Shown here: piece by piece, positions 47,701 through 61,471 of the stretch
Layout: every line of letters starts with the position of its first letter
Numbering within the stretch: position 1 is the first letter of the stretch
Translations under genes and position numbers: made by a program
Notes under the pieces: model-generated
Database searches by the model: none
What the model was told of the DNA's origin: nothing
Seen by the model: only the letters and a program-made list of their open reading frames with translations
Assembly (NCBI GenBank): GCA_002269645.1
Contig: NIVC01001160.1
Location: 124,001 to 188,000 of the forward strand
Reading direction: 5' to 3'
DNA from: Macrostomum lignano
Lineage: Eukaryota
DNA: 64,000 nucleotides

Positions 47701-49240
47701 GGAGGCATTTTACTTCAAAAAAACAAGATCAGTTCGAGCGCAAAAATTTGAAAGTCAATTTGGTGTTTTACAAATAAAAATGTTACTATTGTTATGGCAT
47801 TCAACGAGCAGTCAGAAATTTTTAGTCAAAATTTCACTCTCCTTGAAATACACACTGCGGTTTTATTATTACGATTCACATTCATATTTGTTGGAACCAG
47901 AAGGCTTTTACGAACCGGAATACGCATTGTCAGCGAGTGCAACTGCTTTGGACTTTGCAGACTTGCCTCAGCTTTTCACAGGTTGAACCTTGAAATAAAT
48001 AAAACTGCTTTAAATAATCAAAAATACGGTAAGCAATTAACAAGAGTAAATAATAGACAGGGTGAATAAGAAAAGAGGCTGACGACAAAAAGCAAAAGTC
48101 ACGTTTTAAAAATAAGAAAACATAACGAAAAAAATGTTTATTTAGAAACATAGAAAGCGGGTGTGATCGGGCAGTTAGTCTATTTATGCAAGATATACGC
48201 TCATATTTATTAACTGGGATAATACAAAAATGGATCAATCTCAAGTCAATCGTGGATTATTATAATATATAATTAACTTCTAAATTTCCCATGAATATAA
48301 TAGGCAAAGAATGGTCAAAATAATTATATGCTTATCTAATATGTAAAAAGGATACATCCAGGTTGTTTAAGTGCTACATTGACTACTGAATAAGTAGTAA
48401 ACAATTGTGCCTTATTGCTACGACCGTATTTGAAATTTCTATTACGAGAAAAGACCGGTTGACAATTATGCTTTCTATCTATTCTAATATTATCATCACT
48501 TTGACCAAGTCATAAAAATTGTAGGATAACCTTGGCATTCTATTATTAAAATTCAAAAACATTACTAACGAGTAGGGTGTTACTAGTGTTATTATTGACA
48601 ACTTTCGGATTTTATATAATTAAAGCCAAGATAAGGTCAGGTGTTTTTTGATAAGAGATAATCACGTGGTATGTTTGGCAGCAATTGATGTACATTAAGA
48701 CAGACAATGTACACTATAGCTTGACCCACACGACGACCCCCGCTTACGTAGAATGGGCCTACTACCCTTCAAAACCCTGCAGTAAACTCCATTAGAACTC
48801 GCAGGCCCGTGAAGATGGACAATAAAATGGAATTCTAGAAGCTAGAGCCCCACCACCCCAAACAACCCCGCAGTAAAATTGGTAGCCCCTCGCTGGCTCG
48901 TGAAAATCAATAGAATGGAATGTGCGTCGAAGACCACATCTCCACCCCAAAAAACAAAATCAATTAGCCCCGAGGGGTTGACTAAAGCAAGATATCTAAC
49001 TACTGAATCGAAAGTAGTTTGATGGCATATCTAATTTTAGACTTGCTAATGTTTAATCCAAGCCACGCTACTGTAAGTAGCTTAATGCGTAATAAACTGC
49101 TACTTCTCCTCCAACACAGACATATTTCAGTGGAGAAGCAGTAGTGCTAGGGTCAAATCATATGCCTAAATCTATATACGAAGAATGAGCCTTAAGAACT
49201 AAACTTAGTATCTGATATAGCAAAGTGTCAGCATGTCCTC

Positions 49241-52200
49241 TCAGTCCGAAGGCCTTGGCTCGGCATTCTTTCTAGTGAATTCTTCGGCATTTTTCATAAA
49301 TTTTTTCTTGTCGCGAAGGAACTCCTCGGCGAGGTCACCGCGCAGCGGATTCTCGGGCTCCGGATCGTGGACCATGGCAATCAGGGCTTGCACAACTAGG
49401 CGGGGTTGACGATGCGATGGCGTGATTTTAATAATAAGATATTTTAATGATTTGATGGGGAATGATGCCTACCTGATGTATTAGAAGGGTTCTGAGTTTT
49501 CTAACCGATCTTATTTGTGATAAAAATTCTGTAATTATCTTAGATCCCAATTCTGTAATTATCTTAGATCCCAATTCTGTAATTATCTTAGATCCCAATT
49601 CTGTTATTATCTTAGATCCCAATTCTGAATATTCTCTTATTCACTCACCTTGCTCTGTCTTGGTGGCCGGCTTCCAATTCTCTGGATTAATAATTGGCAA
49701 GCACACCTGGCCTTTCTCGTCAACATTGGGATGATAAATCTTTGTTTTAAATGTAACCTTTGGCGGCTTGAACGGATACTCCACAGGGAAGTCAATGTTG
49801 ATGCGGAACGCGCCTTTGTTGTACGGGGGATTTTCCGGCACTATGAGGCCGCTCCAAGCCAGGATGTTGTTCTCGCTGGCTTGCACATCCCGGAATACTC
49901 GCTGGAGAGCCTCCGACTTGGTGATGTCGGCCAACTCCTGACAGATCCAACATAGATTTTTATTGAAGCGTATAGCAATTTGTTGTTACTGCCAGCAAGC
50001 AAAACTGATGGATAAAACATTCAATAAACATATGAACTACTTTGAGTAACACTGGGACTTTTATCTACCCCTGTCAGCTACGTCTACTAACCTGTGATCT
50101 AGCCCTAGTAACCCCTGTCAGCTACCCCTACTAACCCTGCGATCTAACCCAAGTAACCATGTGATCTACCCTAGTAACAAGTGTGATCTACCCTAGTAAC
50201 AAATGTGATCTACCATAGTAACAAATGTGATCTACCCTAGTAACAAATGTGATCTACCCTAGTAACCATGTGATCTACCCTAGTAACCATGTGATCTACC
50301 AATATGGTCTAGAGAAGGCTAATGACATAAACTTATTTGTTTTTGTACAAGTATACACTGAGTCTGCTGCTGTTTCTAAAAATTTCTGCTTGTCTTATTA
50401 ATGAGAGCAATATTTTATTGAACTCATTGTACACAGCAAAGATAGGCACATAAATTTTAATGAGTGGGCTTTCTGAACTGCAGAAAAGGAGTACTTTAAT
50501 GGTACATAGGTGCTATCTTGTGGCAATTTTTTCCCAATATCAGTGCCCAGCCTAACTGTGCAGGGGTCATTTGTATATGCCAGAATTTTCTGGCATATGT
50601 AACCTTCTAGAGTCTAGGTAGGCCTACACACTTTTTTACATATTTTCATTGCTATATATTGAAAGCAAGTGCTACATAAATGTCACTCAACTATACATTT
50701 CAATGTTGAGTTATATAATAGGCCTATAAAGAAAACTAGTTTACTTCTATTTTAATTTTTGAAATTCACAAATTTGTTATACTTTTTGCACTTTTTTGGT
50801 CTTGCTATCTTCTCTAATTACCAATGTAATTAATGTAATTAATTAAATATAGCAAAGAGAAGATAGCAAACTCATTCATCATTGTTGTTGTTTGTTATTT
50901 CAGTGTAGTTGATATAGTGTATATAGTATTTCCTATAGTCTATGTATGTATGTCTACACTTAATAAAAAGTAAAATCTACTCTTTCTTAGAAAATGAACA
51001 TTTCAAATTTCTGCTAGCTTTGTTTAACTATTGTTTGTGAATAATATTTTACAAATAACATTTGTTTTAAATTATGTTTTGACTAAGCCTAATTTAAATA
51101 GAAAGCCAAAAGAGACAAGTTAAAATAACAGATTTTACAAAAAAGAGTACAAGATTACAAGAAGTTTATTTAGGTTAATGATTGTGTATTATTATTGCTC
51201 ATTTTACTTGTTAACTAGCTTGTAAGTTAAATAATTTTATTATTTCTAACATTACAAATTGTTTATATTTAAATAATTGGAAACAACATGGGTTTTATAA
51301 AAAAATGTTGAAATAACTATATTCTTTTGTGTAGCAAGTTCCTCAAATATTTAACAGAACTACATGCATTTCTGCGATAATATTGCAAGCTATTAGCATA
51401 TAAAGTAGCAAAAGTATAAAAGCTTTACTACAGTATTGGAGCTGGCAAAAAGTTTAGTACTTTAAATTTAAAGGGTCTTTTAAATACTATTTTTACTGTC
51501 AGACTAACAACTACTGCCATTTCTTTTAAACCAGAAAACCAAGTTACTGGGATTAAATGTAGTGGCTGTTGTAAGCAACCATGGCTTCTGATTCTGAATT
51601 GCCTCTTCAAAGTCTGCTGCCAATTTGGTTCCAAAGGCGCTGCTGACCAGCCAATTGAACACTATCAGACATATCCCATACAGCTGTAATGGTGGAGACA
51701 GATTAGCATAAAGCTGCAGTGATTTGTGGAGCAGCTGGCGGCAGGCATTTCCTTCTATCATGCCACCTCTATAATTAGCTCAGATAATGCCATGCTGATA
51801 AGCCTATTTGAATGCACAATTTGTACCCCAAGCTTTGTTGAGCTTGTCCAGCAGTCAGTTGCTGACTCTAAGGAGCAGGTGCAGCTTAGGTGACAGCAGA
51901 AGCATCAAAACTTTGTCATCATTATCTGGTAGCAGTGCCATGTTGACACGATTTTTAAAGTTCTTTGCCTTTGTATGAACTTGGCCAGCTGCTTGGAACT
52001 GCTGAGCAAACTGCCAAATTCTTGGTTCTTGGTACACCATTTTCTATAAGAGGAGCCAGAGCTTTGCAATAGGGGCAGCAGTATGCAGGAATGAGGTTGC
52101 AATCCATAGATAATGTTTGCAACTTTCATATCTGCAGTGACTGGGATTTGAAGTTTGTTGAAAGTGATTGCCTTGAGCAGAGCCTGAGGAGCCTCAGGAA

Positions 52201-55200
52201 CATTGTTGACAATTGCAAGCAACAGGATCTTTTTAACACCAGTGTCACAGAATTTCCTGCTGGTGGCTCCTCAAGTTCCAATTTTGGGTTTTGTGTTAGA
52301 GCTAATTATTGAAATGCAAACTTTAAAAAATCTGCCAGCACCATAGAGACCCAGCAAACAGTGAAAGTCATTTAAACTGCATTGCTAAGCAACATGTGCA
52401 ATGAGTTTGACCGAGTCATTGCAGACAATAGTCAGGTGGCAAATAGTGTTGGCTGTGGCGGTAGTTGAGGTTAGCTCTAAGAACTGGAGATTCTAGATGT
52501 TGAAGTAATATTCCAATGCTCAATCTTGCTATACCAAGATTTTCTTCAAGTTTGACTCAACTGCACAAGATGAGCTTGCACTAGAATGAAGCACTTGAAT
52601 GGCCTGTAGCACTTGATTATTGCTCAGATTCAGAGTTGTTTTCAAGTGCATCATAGTGTCCATCCTTGTTAGAGGAAAGCTTGCACTGCTGTTTTGAGCA
52701 ACATGCATAGCAACTCAAATTGGATGGCCACCTCAATGTCTGGCTAGAGTGATCAAATTCAAATCTGACATCAACCCAGCCATCTTTTAGGCAATATTTG
52801 CTGGCCAGCATCTCCCTTGTCCTTGGACTGACTGTTTGCTTGATGTTAGTCACCTTGGCTATCAAGTTGCATTTGTACTGTTTGCCATGCCCAACTGGAG
52901 AATGACAGTATAAGCAGGAAAGCATAGCCATTGCTCCTTCAGCTGGTGCTAAGGATCTTTCACATGGTTGACCAGGTGGGGCTCAAGCAGGACCTGTTGT
53001 ATAAGGCATCTTTGGATCACTGCCTTTGTGGTGATTGCCACAAGCCATTTTGCATAGTTGGCAGTTGCAATCTGGTCTGCTTCTGGTGGCTAGAGGCAGA
53101 CTTTTCATGTTGGCTATTATCTTCTCGTAATCTGGTCACAATGGCAGAGCACAAGGCATCAGACTTCTTAGTGACAATAAAATGTGCCTGCAGCCCTGGC
53201 AAACTCCTTCAGGTAGAAAGTGCCACACTGCCTCATAGTCCTAAAACAAGTTGGCTACTAGGGGTCAGACAGGATCCTGATCCCGATCCCAAAAACTCAG
53301 GATCCCAAAGAAAATTGGGATCCCAATCCCGACAACTTTAATTTTGGGAATTGGGATAGGCTAATGTCATTTTTGTTTTTTTTCTGCAGAGTAGAAGTTT
53401 TTGCCATAGTCATTTTACTAGAGATATTTAAGTGAAACAAATTGTTTAAACTATCGTTTCAAGCCCCTTGCCAAAGAAGTCAAGCTACTGTTACTTCAAT
53501 ATCATGGCAACACGATATAACAAGGTAAGTCAAATGGTTTATTCAAGTGCTGACTGTTTTGAGTTAGTACTAGTTTCAGTCGAATTTGTATTTGTTATAG
53601 GTAGGCATAGAATTTTTTTGTTAGCAATATTGCCAGAAAAAATATTCACGGAAATAAAACATTCTATGTCACTATGCACTACCACAATATATGCTATTAC
53701 TTAAATACTTATTACACTTCATTGGATTTAATTTCGCGGCTTTACGTGCTTATTATTTTCTATTAAATGCTATCTTATCTAGACCACTTACAGTCTTCAG
53801 CTGCACTGTAAGATCCCTTCATAATTTTTAATACATTTTATATGTACATGTATGTAATGGTACATTACGATTTCTATTCCAAATTTCAAAATTTGGAAGC
53901 ATCTAAAAAATCGCTAAATATATACTAATTTTTGCTACATATACATGTATTTCATTTTGCATAAGCAGTAAATCGAATGTAAAAAGTGAGTATTGGTCAT
54001 ACTAAACTTTGTTTTTCTGCATTTTGATTTTGGAAAATTTCAATTTTGAGTTTGGAAAGTTAACAAATTTTGATTTCGAGGAAACTGCTCTTTCGGGACA
54101 TCTCTAATAATCCTAAAGCGCAGGAAAATAATTTGACTCTATTCTAAAGCGCGCATCTGTGGGTTTTCAACATTTATTCCAATAGGGATGATAGGCATAG
54201 GCCTACTACTAATAAATACTATTGGATTCATTAGTCATCAATATTTTATGGCACAACCACAATACAAAAATTCCAGTATTAGAATTTAGTTTCATTTAGA
54301 ATTTTATTTGATTTGAATTTGATTAGCCTAGGACTGAATTTTTAATTTAAGAACATTTTCTATCAATGAAAAAATTGTTTAATTCATCAGATTATTGATT
54401 ATATTAAAAATATTATGAAAAAAGTAACATTTGATTATTGATTTAATTATGAACTTGTAATTTACATTTAATTAGTAATATTATGTAAATGTAAATTATG
54501 CATATATGCAAACAAGAAATGTTATAAAAGTTATAATATATATTTTATTGATTGCCTCATTTATGTTGGTCCAGTGGACCAGTCCTATGGGGTATGGACT
54601 AGTCTAATAGTTAGTTATTGGACATTGGTATTAGTATTGGTACTAATTCTAATTTCTAACATTCATAACATAAGAATTAGGATACAAATGTATTGTTTAC
54701 CTAGGCATATAGTGGGTATACAATATACATGTATGTATGATATGGATGGACTTTGGGAGTTTGGGTATGGTATTTGTATCCATATGGAGTTCATTTGCCC
54801 CTATCCCGAATCCCGATCCCGATCCCGATTTTTTTTCAATCCCGATCCTGACCGATCCCGTCCAACCCCTATTGGCTACCACAGATTCAAAATTAGAGCA
54901 AGAAAAAATCAGTGCAAAAGCTTGTTTCAAGCAGAGTAGGCACAAACTTTGCCTGTTCTTATTATGAGTTTTTTTGTTGTTGGCATTGTGGACAGTACAA
55001 GCTATGCAAATAAGCTTATTCAGTTCAGGCACTCACTTGTTTTAGATTAGATAGAACTAGATCAGACCTTTATAAGTAAATTGAGCAGCATGATAACCAA
55101 AAAATAGTTAATGCACCTGGCAGAAATATTACAAAGCTAAGATACTAACTATAAGATACTATTGATAAGATACTAACTATTATTACAAGTATACTATTGA

Positions 55201-56392
55201 TAAATTTCTCTTTATGGCTGCAATTGAAAGGCATAAGCTATTTGCTATGCAGTGTTTTATTGCTCAAGCAGATATAGGCAATATTTATTCCCAAAGTCCT
55301 TTGTGGTCTATTCATAATTATCATTTAATAAGCAAAAATCCTATTAGAGCTAGTGTTCCACCGTAGCCGTAGCTATGGCTATAGGATCCTATGGCAAATA
55401 CAGTAAAATAGATGCCTATGGCAGCTATAGATACACCTACAGTAGCTAGCTGCTATGATGGCTATGACTACAGAAATATGGTAGTTGCTGTCACATTCCA
55501 TAGATTCCTATAGCCATAGTTATTAATGTTAAAAATTGAAAAAAATATTAGAAACAGGTAGAGCAAAACAAAGATACTTTTAGTAAACTGTATTATTAAC
55601 CTAGAAACTTATAAAATATACTTTAAAAAGGTATAATAAAACACTAGCAAACTCTAATTTTTATTAATGTAAAAAAGTTTAGCATTAGTACTTTCAGTAA
55701 CGATTAAGTATTGTTGGTCTGAAAAAAGATGAAATATAATCTTACAAAGGCAATTGAGTGTTTCTTTTATTTTCTAATTTAATTTGCAGTTGTTTAAGCA
55801 CTAAGTTATCATCTAGATTTAAGATATTTTATTTTTTAGACTTTTTGTTAAAACTACAGCTAGGCCTATGGCTATGGCCATGGGAACTATGGGAATATAG
55901 TAATTTTGGGGTCCCTATGGCTACGGAATACAGAGAATTGGAATAAGCCATAGTTTTGCTTATGGCTACAGCTATGGTACATGGACCCTCCTTACGGCGG
56001 AACACTAATTAGACGTTAGAGCAATAAAATATTTTGTTTTAAAGTGTACTGAAACATATATTACTAAATAGTGCCATACACAGCAAAGATAGGCATATGA
56101 ATTTTAATGAGTGCACTTTCCAAACTACAGAAAAGGAGTAGTTTAATAGTATATAGGTGCTGTCTTGTGGCAATTTTTCCCCAATATCAGTGCCCAGCCT
56201 AACTATGAAAGGCCTTTTAGAGTTAAGTCAAAGTAATTTAACTTGTGTAGTTTAATTTAAATTATATAGATCATAGATCACAAGCAGAGCCTAAACAGTA
56301 GGCCCTAAACCTATACTACATATACAATATAAATATTATAGGCCCAGGGGCCCCATGCCTACCTTTTGGAGACGTCGTGTAGATGCACCCAT
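49241..56392 (-). CDS. UBE2L3: Ubiquitin-conjugating enzyme E2 L3 (UbcH7), ~157 aa, 3 exons
   Basis: Exons 56392-56363 ([10 protein letters not shown]|GTAGGC), 49937-49649 ([47 protein letters not shown], phase 1) and 49395-49241 ([29 protein letters not shown]). Confidence 0.95.
49520..49628. repeat. 24-bp tandem repeat in UBE2L3 intron 2
   Basis: AATTCTGTAATTATCTTAGATCCC, ~4 copies. Confidence 0.9.
50075..50302. repeat. ~20-22-bp minisatellite in UBE2L3 intron 1
   Basis: GTGATCTACCCTAGTAAC(AAAT/CAT). Confidence 0.85.
50432..50560. repeat. 129-bp CACAG...CTGTG element, copy 1
   Basis: Direct-repeat copy at 56079-56207; no TSD seen. Confidence 0.7.
51430..55030 (-). mobile_element. Decayed Chapaev/Transib-type (RAG1-core-related) transposase relic, split by a hAT insertion
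   Basis: Ordered fragments: [79 protein letters not shown]; many stops and frameshifts. Confidence 0.6.
53259..54871. mobile_element. 1.6-kb non-autonomous hAT-type element
   Basis: TIRs TAGGGGTCAGACAGGATC / GATCCCGTCCAACCCCTA; subterminal GATCCC repeats; perfect 8-bp TSD TTGGCTAC. Confidence 0.9.
55351..56007. mobile_element. 657-bp hAT-type MITE
   Basis: TIRs TAGTGTTCCACCGTA / TACGGCGGAACACTA; subterminal CTATGGCT repeats; flanks ATTAGAGC/ATTAGACG (6/8 TSD). Confidence 0.75.
56079..56207. repeat. 129-bp CACAG...CTATG element, copy 2
   Basis: Colinear with 50432-50560. Confidence 0.7.
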
Positions 56393-56931
56393 TTATTGTT
56401 TTTATGTAGGCTAGTTATAGCTAGATTATATTTAAAAAATTAAGCAACCACGCTATTAGTATTAGATCGGAAAAATCGGAAGCACAGTTGTGGCACTACG
56501 ATTTTATAATCCGCGAAATATGTGTAATAAGCCTATCTTATTTATTATTGTAACTGAAAAGGAAACTGTCCAAGGGGAAGCAAATTTTTCGAGGCGAGAA
56601 TTTCGTATATCCACTAAATCGAATTACAACGTTTTTATACACTTTATATTGTGATAATCGTATCATTAACTTTGTTTGTGTTTTAGTTACGGTTCATTAA
56701 TTACTCCTTGTCCTGTTACCAGTCCTGTTGCCCCTGAAAGTCATACAATAATAACACAATTTTGTTTAACTACTTTTTACCCTTCGGCAATATTTAAATT
56801 AGATCCTTTTTGTTCCAACGGGGATCCACTCCGCAGATGATGAGCATGCAGACCAAGAAGGATGAGATATTTTTAACATTGCTAGTAGATTCCTAGCAGT
56901 CCTATTAGTAGGTTGGCTATAATTTTCAGTT

Positions 56932-57012
56932 GGCTATAATTTTCAGTTAGCTATAATTTTCAGTTGGCTATAATTTTCAGTTGGCTATAATTTTCAGTTG
57001 GCTATAATTTTC
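56932..57012. repeat. 17-bp tandem repeat at the 5' edge of the LINE
   Basis: GTTGGCTATAATTTTCA, ~5 copies. Confidence 0.9.
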
Positions 57013-57022
57013 ACGCCCAACA

Positions 57023-59870
57023 ATGCGTAAAGATGAGTCAATAGGGCCAGGTGCCAACGGTGTCGCCGTCAACTTGACGGAGCGGCAAACAAAGATGGCG
57101 ACCTACAGAGGACGGCGGCCGAGTGTGCATGGCTCCGAAACGCCGAGCACACGCTTTAATGCCCAGCGCAATGCACTGCGCACCATGCTGCCCGCCGGCT
57201 CCACCAGGACTCGCGGCCTGCCCAGCCGGAGCCTGCTAGAGGATTGGACACATTATCCTTGCCAGTCCCCCGCACTGCACCAGCTAGCAGAACAATCGAG
57301 ACAACCAAAGAAAGTCAAAACCAGTTTGATAACTGCACAAGACTTGCTACCTTCAACGCACGAACGCTCACTGCCCCCTGGAGACTGCACGAGCTAACCA
57401 AGCTGGCAAAGAGCATGAACATCTCCATTCTGGCTGTCCAACAACACCGCAGGAGCACCGAAGAGTGCGCTGATCCAGGCCTTGGCTGCAGCAGTTCCGA
57501 GCCGCCCCAGCCTCAGCCCAGGGTTCTGGAGGCTTCGGGTTTCTGCTGTCACCTGGTGCCTCAAGGGCCCTTCTGAATGTGAGCTTCCCAACCGACCGCC
57601 TTGGCATTGCCTCTTTTGGCACGAAGGACTTCATGTAATCTGCGTCTACGCCCCCACAGCCCCACGCACAGCTACTGATCTTACCGAGACTGAGTCAATG
57701 TATGACCACCTGGGATCACTCATCGACTCGGTTCCTGATCGCGACCAGCTTTTTGTGGCTGGAGACTTCAACGCGCCACTGTCCCCTGATTGCCGCCTGG
57801 TAAAGAACAACTGCGGCTCCACCAACACTAACTCGGACTTCCTGTCAACTTTCATTCACTCTCAAGACCTGATTGCAGCCAATGGTGTCATGCGGCAGCG
57901 GTACAACAAGCTGCCCACCTTCTTCGGCCCAAATGGACGGACCACGCCATCAGATCTCGACTGCGCAAAGTGGTCAATATCCGCCCCAGCTGCGTGAGGT
58001 CCGACCATTCTCTGCTGGCCTGCGACATCAACTGCCGATGGAAAAAGTACAAGGCTGGCCCACCGCACCTCCTCTGGGCAGATCTGAGAAACCCAGACAC
58101 GCGCAGTGCGTTCACTGAAAAGCTGTAAAATGCTCTCCGGCCCTGAATGAATCGGCGGACACCTTCACCAGAGCTATTGAGGAAGCTGTCTCGATCCTAC
58201 CAAAACGAAAACCGCACCAACCAAAAGCCCTCTGGGACTCCGACGAGGAGATCTTCATCGCTAGGCGCGACGTGCAAAGAACAACCGCAGTCTTTGGCCA
58301 AGACAGTGAGCAGGCTGAAACAGCCCGGGCCCAACTACGCGACACGCATGCCCGGAGGACCGAAGCCTTTGTCCAGGAGACTGTTGCTGAAATTCAACTA
58401 GCAACAGACAACTGCCGGCACACAGCGGCCTGGCGCGCCATCAACCGCCTGACTGGCAGGAAGCAGAGGGCCAATGCCGCTGTAGGTGCTGAGTCCATAC
58501 ACCATCGCAAAGCCCTGCTGGCCACTCACTACCACAATGTGCTCAACGCTCCACCACCCTCTGCTGATTTGCTGCCGATCGAAAACTTTACCCCGGCTGA
58601 GCCCTCGACTTTCAACTCCGGCCCGCTGACTGCCTACGAGGTGAACCGAGTGCTCAAGACCATGAGCCCCGCCGCTGCCGCCGGAGTAAATGGCATTCCA
58701 CCCAGGATGCTCAAGCTGCCGGAGCTGACACAGGACATCACGACTTTGCTCAACAAGCACTGTCCGCTTGGAGGCAACCCAGATGCTACTGCTGCTGACA
58801 ACTGGCGCACCTCTAAGATCGTCTCCATCCCCAAGAAGGGCGCATCCACCAGTCTGGACAACCAACGCGGCATCGCTCTGGAATGCACTCTGGCTAAGCT
58901 GCTCAATGCTATACTGCGTAATCGGCTGCTGCCTGGCCACAACCAAATGATCCTGAGCCTCCAAAGTGGCTTCAGGCCCGGCCGCTCGACAACAGAGCAG
59001 ATTGCAGCCCTTCGAGCAGTCGTCGAGGCCGGTAAAACTCACCAACGAGCTGTGTCAATTGTTTTTGCGGACTTCCGCAAAGCTTTTGACTCAGTGTGCC
59101 GGCGCGCGATCGCGTGGCTGCTCGAGCACTATGGCGTCCCCCCGGCTCTTATCTCTACAGTGATGGACCTCTACAACAACAGCAAAGCCTTTGTCCAAAC
59201 CAGCGATGGCCCAACTGAGGACTTCTGCACCAGCTCCGGAGTCCTCCAAGTCCAAGGTGACACGTTGGCCCCACTGCTCTTTATCCTTGTCGTCGACTAC
59301 GTGCTGCGCCGAAGCCTCACAGAGGAGGACAGTTACCTGCTGGCGTCACGTCGGAGCTCCCGCCGCGGTGCTGCCCCGTTGCCGCCCTCGCGTACGCCGA
59401 CGACATCGCCCTGCTGTGCCGCAGTCCGACTGCCGCCCAGAGAGCGCTCTCAAGACTCTATGAGGAGAGCGCCCGAGTCGGATTGCAAATCAACGCACGC
59501 AAGACGGAGGTGCTGCACGTGGGCACCGATGCAGCACCAATCCTAACCCTTCCAGATGGGCAAGTCATTTCAGTCTGCAGAGACTTCCGGTACCTGGGCT
59601 CCCTCGTGAGGAGCCCTGACTCCATCATCGCTGACCGGAGGTCACAGGCCTGGCGCGCGGCTCATCTCCTCAGGGAGGTCTTCAGCTCAGCTGCCAACGA
59701 CGACCTGAAGAAGCCACCCTCCAGCGGCGCCGGCTAATGCTCGTCGGCCACTGCCTCCGCAGCTACGGCAGAGGGGCGCTCACCTTGCTGCATCAGCCAA
59801 CCGAGCGTCTCCGACGGGGCCAAGGCCGGGCCGCCACGCTAGAGTCTGACCTACAAGCCATTAACCTGAC
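57023..59870 (+). mobile_element. Degenerate APE-RT non-LTR retrotransposon, RTE group (RTEX-like)
   Basis: APE: ATFNARTL, ILAVQQHR, VICVYAPT, AGDFNAPL. RT: QSGFRPGRSTTEQI, FADFRKAFDSV, GVLQ..GDTLAPLLFILVVDYVL, YADD (frameshifted), FRYLGS. Confidence 0.88.
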
Positions 59871-61344
59871 CCCACAATCTGTCACAAACTTCTTCCTTCT
59901 CGTCTCTCCTGCGAGCGCGTGTGCGCAAGACGCCTACCATAATCTTTGCGTCCTTATATATATATATAGTAGATTCCGAAGGCCAATAGGCTTATTTGCA
60001 TGTTTGAAGATAAAGATTCATATGCAAAAAAGTTTTAAAAGCATGGCGTCGGTTCAAAACAAATTGTATTATCATATACTTGAACTTTGCGCTTGCATTA
60101 ACTACCCGTTCTGGGGCAACAAGAAAGTTGCTCTACTGAGCTATGAACAAACCCCCCGAAAACACCACAGAAGGGCTGCAGGGGACGACCAGTCACGGCC
60201 AAGATTGAGTTTTACGAGTAATTTCATTGTACATGTAACATATGGTAGTACGAATTGCGACATGTACATGTATAGTCGTAAATTTTTGTTTTTTTGTGGT
60301 CGTAAAAGCCTAAATTTAAAAACGCTTTGGCTTTGGAAAATGAAAAAAAACAGTAGGTCTTGGCAGTTCTCTGTGAAGTACATGTAGCCAGCCCATAGCT
60401 CGTGAGAACTGCACGTTAGAATTGCTGAAAGCGATCAGCAGTCTTCAGGTTAATAATTTAAAATTTAAACACATAAATTTAAATAGAAATGGTGTAATTT
60501 TTGAATTTCCTAAACGACAATTGAATCTACATGCATACCAAGGTTACACACACGCATAATAAATTGGGACCAACCTAATTAGTGCAATTCGCTATTTAAC
60601 TATTATTTATCGTGTGTGCGGAATACAAATTATCTGGCAGAGCAAAAGTATCTAGCAAAATTCAGAGCCAGCTGGAGTGAAGGACGAGAATTCGTCCATC
60701 CCATTTGGCCGTCGGGAAAAAAATTTTTATTTAGCTGCTTAGCTCTCACTTCCCATCCATGATGCGGCATGTAGTTTTTCTTCCCTATTATGTCGTCCTC
60801 GTATATAGAATATCCCAATGCACGGCCAGGCACTAAATACCCTCATCAGATCCTGTTCTTCGCATATTTTCAGCCCGCAGCCACGGGAGTGGAGGAGGGA
60901 GGCTGCATAAGCTTGGAAAGAAGACTATACTGAGCGCGCTTCTGTGTGTCCCAAATCCCATTGCCCCTGCGCTTGGATGGACGGGCGCTGCAGAAGCCTC
61001 AGGCAGCCCTGCCCTCGCGTGCCGAGGGTGGATTTTGTTTTTCTATGACGACGGGAAGAGATCTCTTGTCATGCAAGGCGATGGGGACAGACCGAGAGGA
61101 GCTGGAAGGGGAGCAAAGAGAAAGAAGAGAGGCGAGTGTGGGACCTCAAAAGAGAAAAAGGGTTCTCCAGCACTGAGGAGCAGCTGATGACTGCAATGGG
61201 AGGGACGCGACGGATTGGGCAGATTGAGAGGATTTGGACTCAATCCCCTTCCCCCCGACATATAGAATTAAGAGAGCGCGGAAAGCAGAGGCTGAGGATC
61301 CGCCTGCGAGAGGACAAGCAGAGGGAGAGAAAGAGAGAGAGAGA

Positions 61345-61348
61345 GTGT

Positions 61349-61397
<49 letters not shown>
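61345..61397. repeat. (GA)n microsatellite
   Basis: Direct reading; explains the ERERER peptide. Confidence 0.95.
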
Positions 61398-61398
<1 letters not shown>

Positions 61399-61471
61399 AC
61401 TACACCAGGGCAATAGCTGCCGACTTTTGCGTTCTCAGAGGTGTTTCGTGGAAACTAGGCGTCGTCAGACG

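Noticed and set aside
61136-61471. N-terminal extension with an ERERER run
   Set aside because: Crosses a (GA)n microsatellite; the ATG at 61472 or an upstream exon is more plausible
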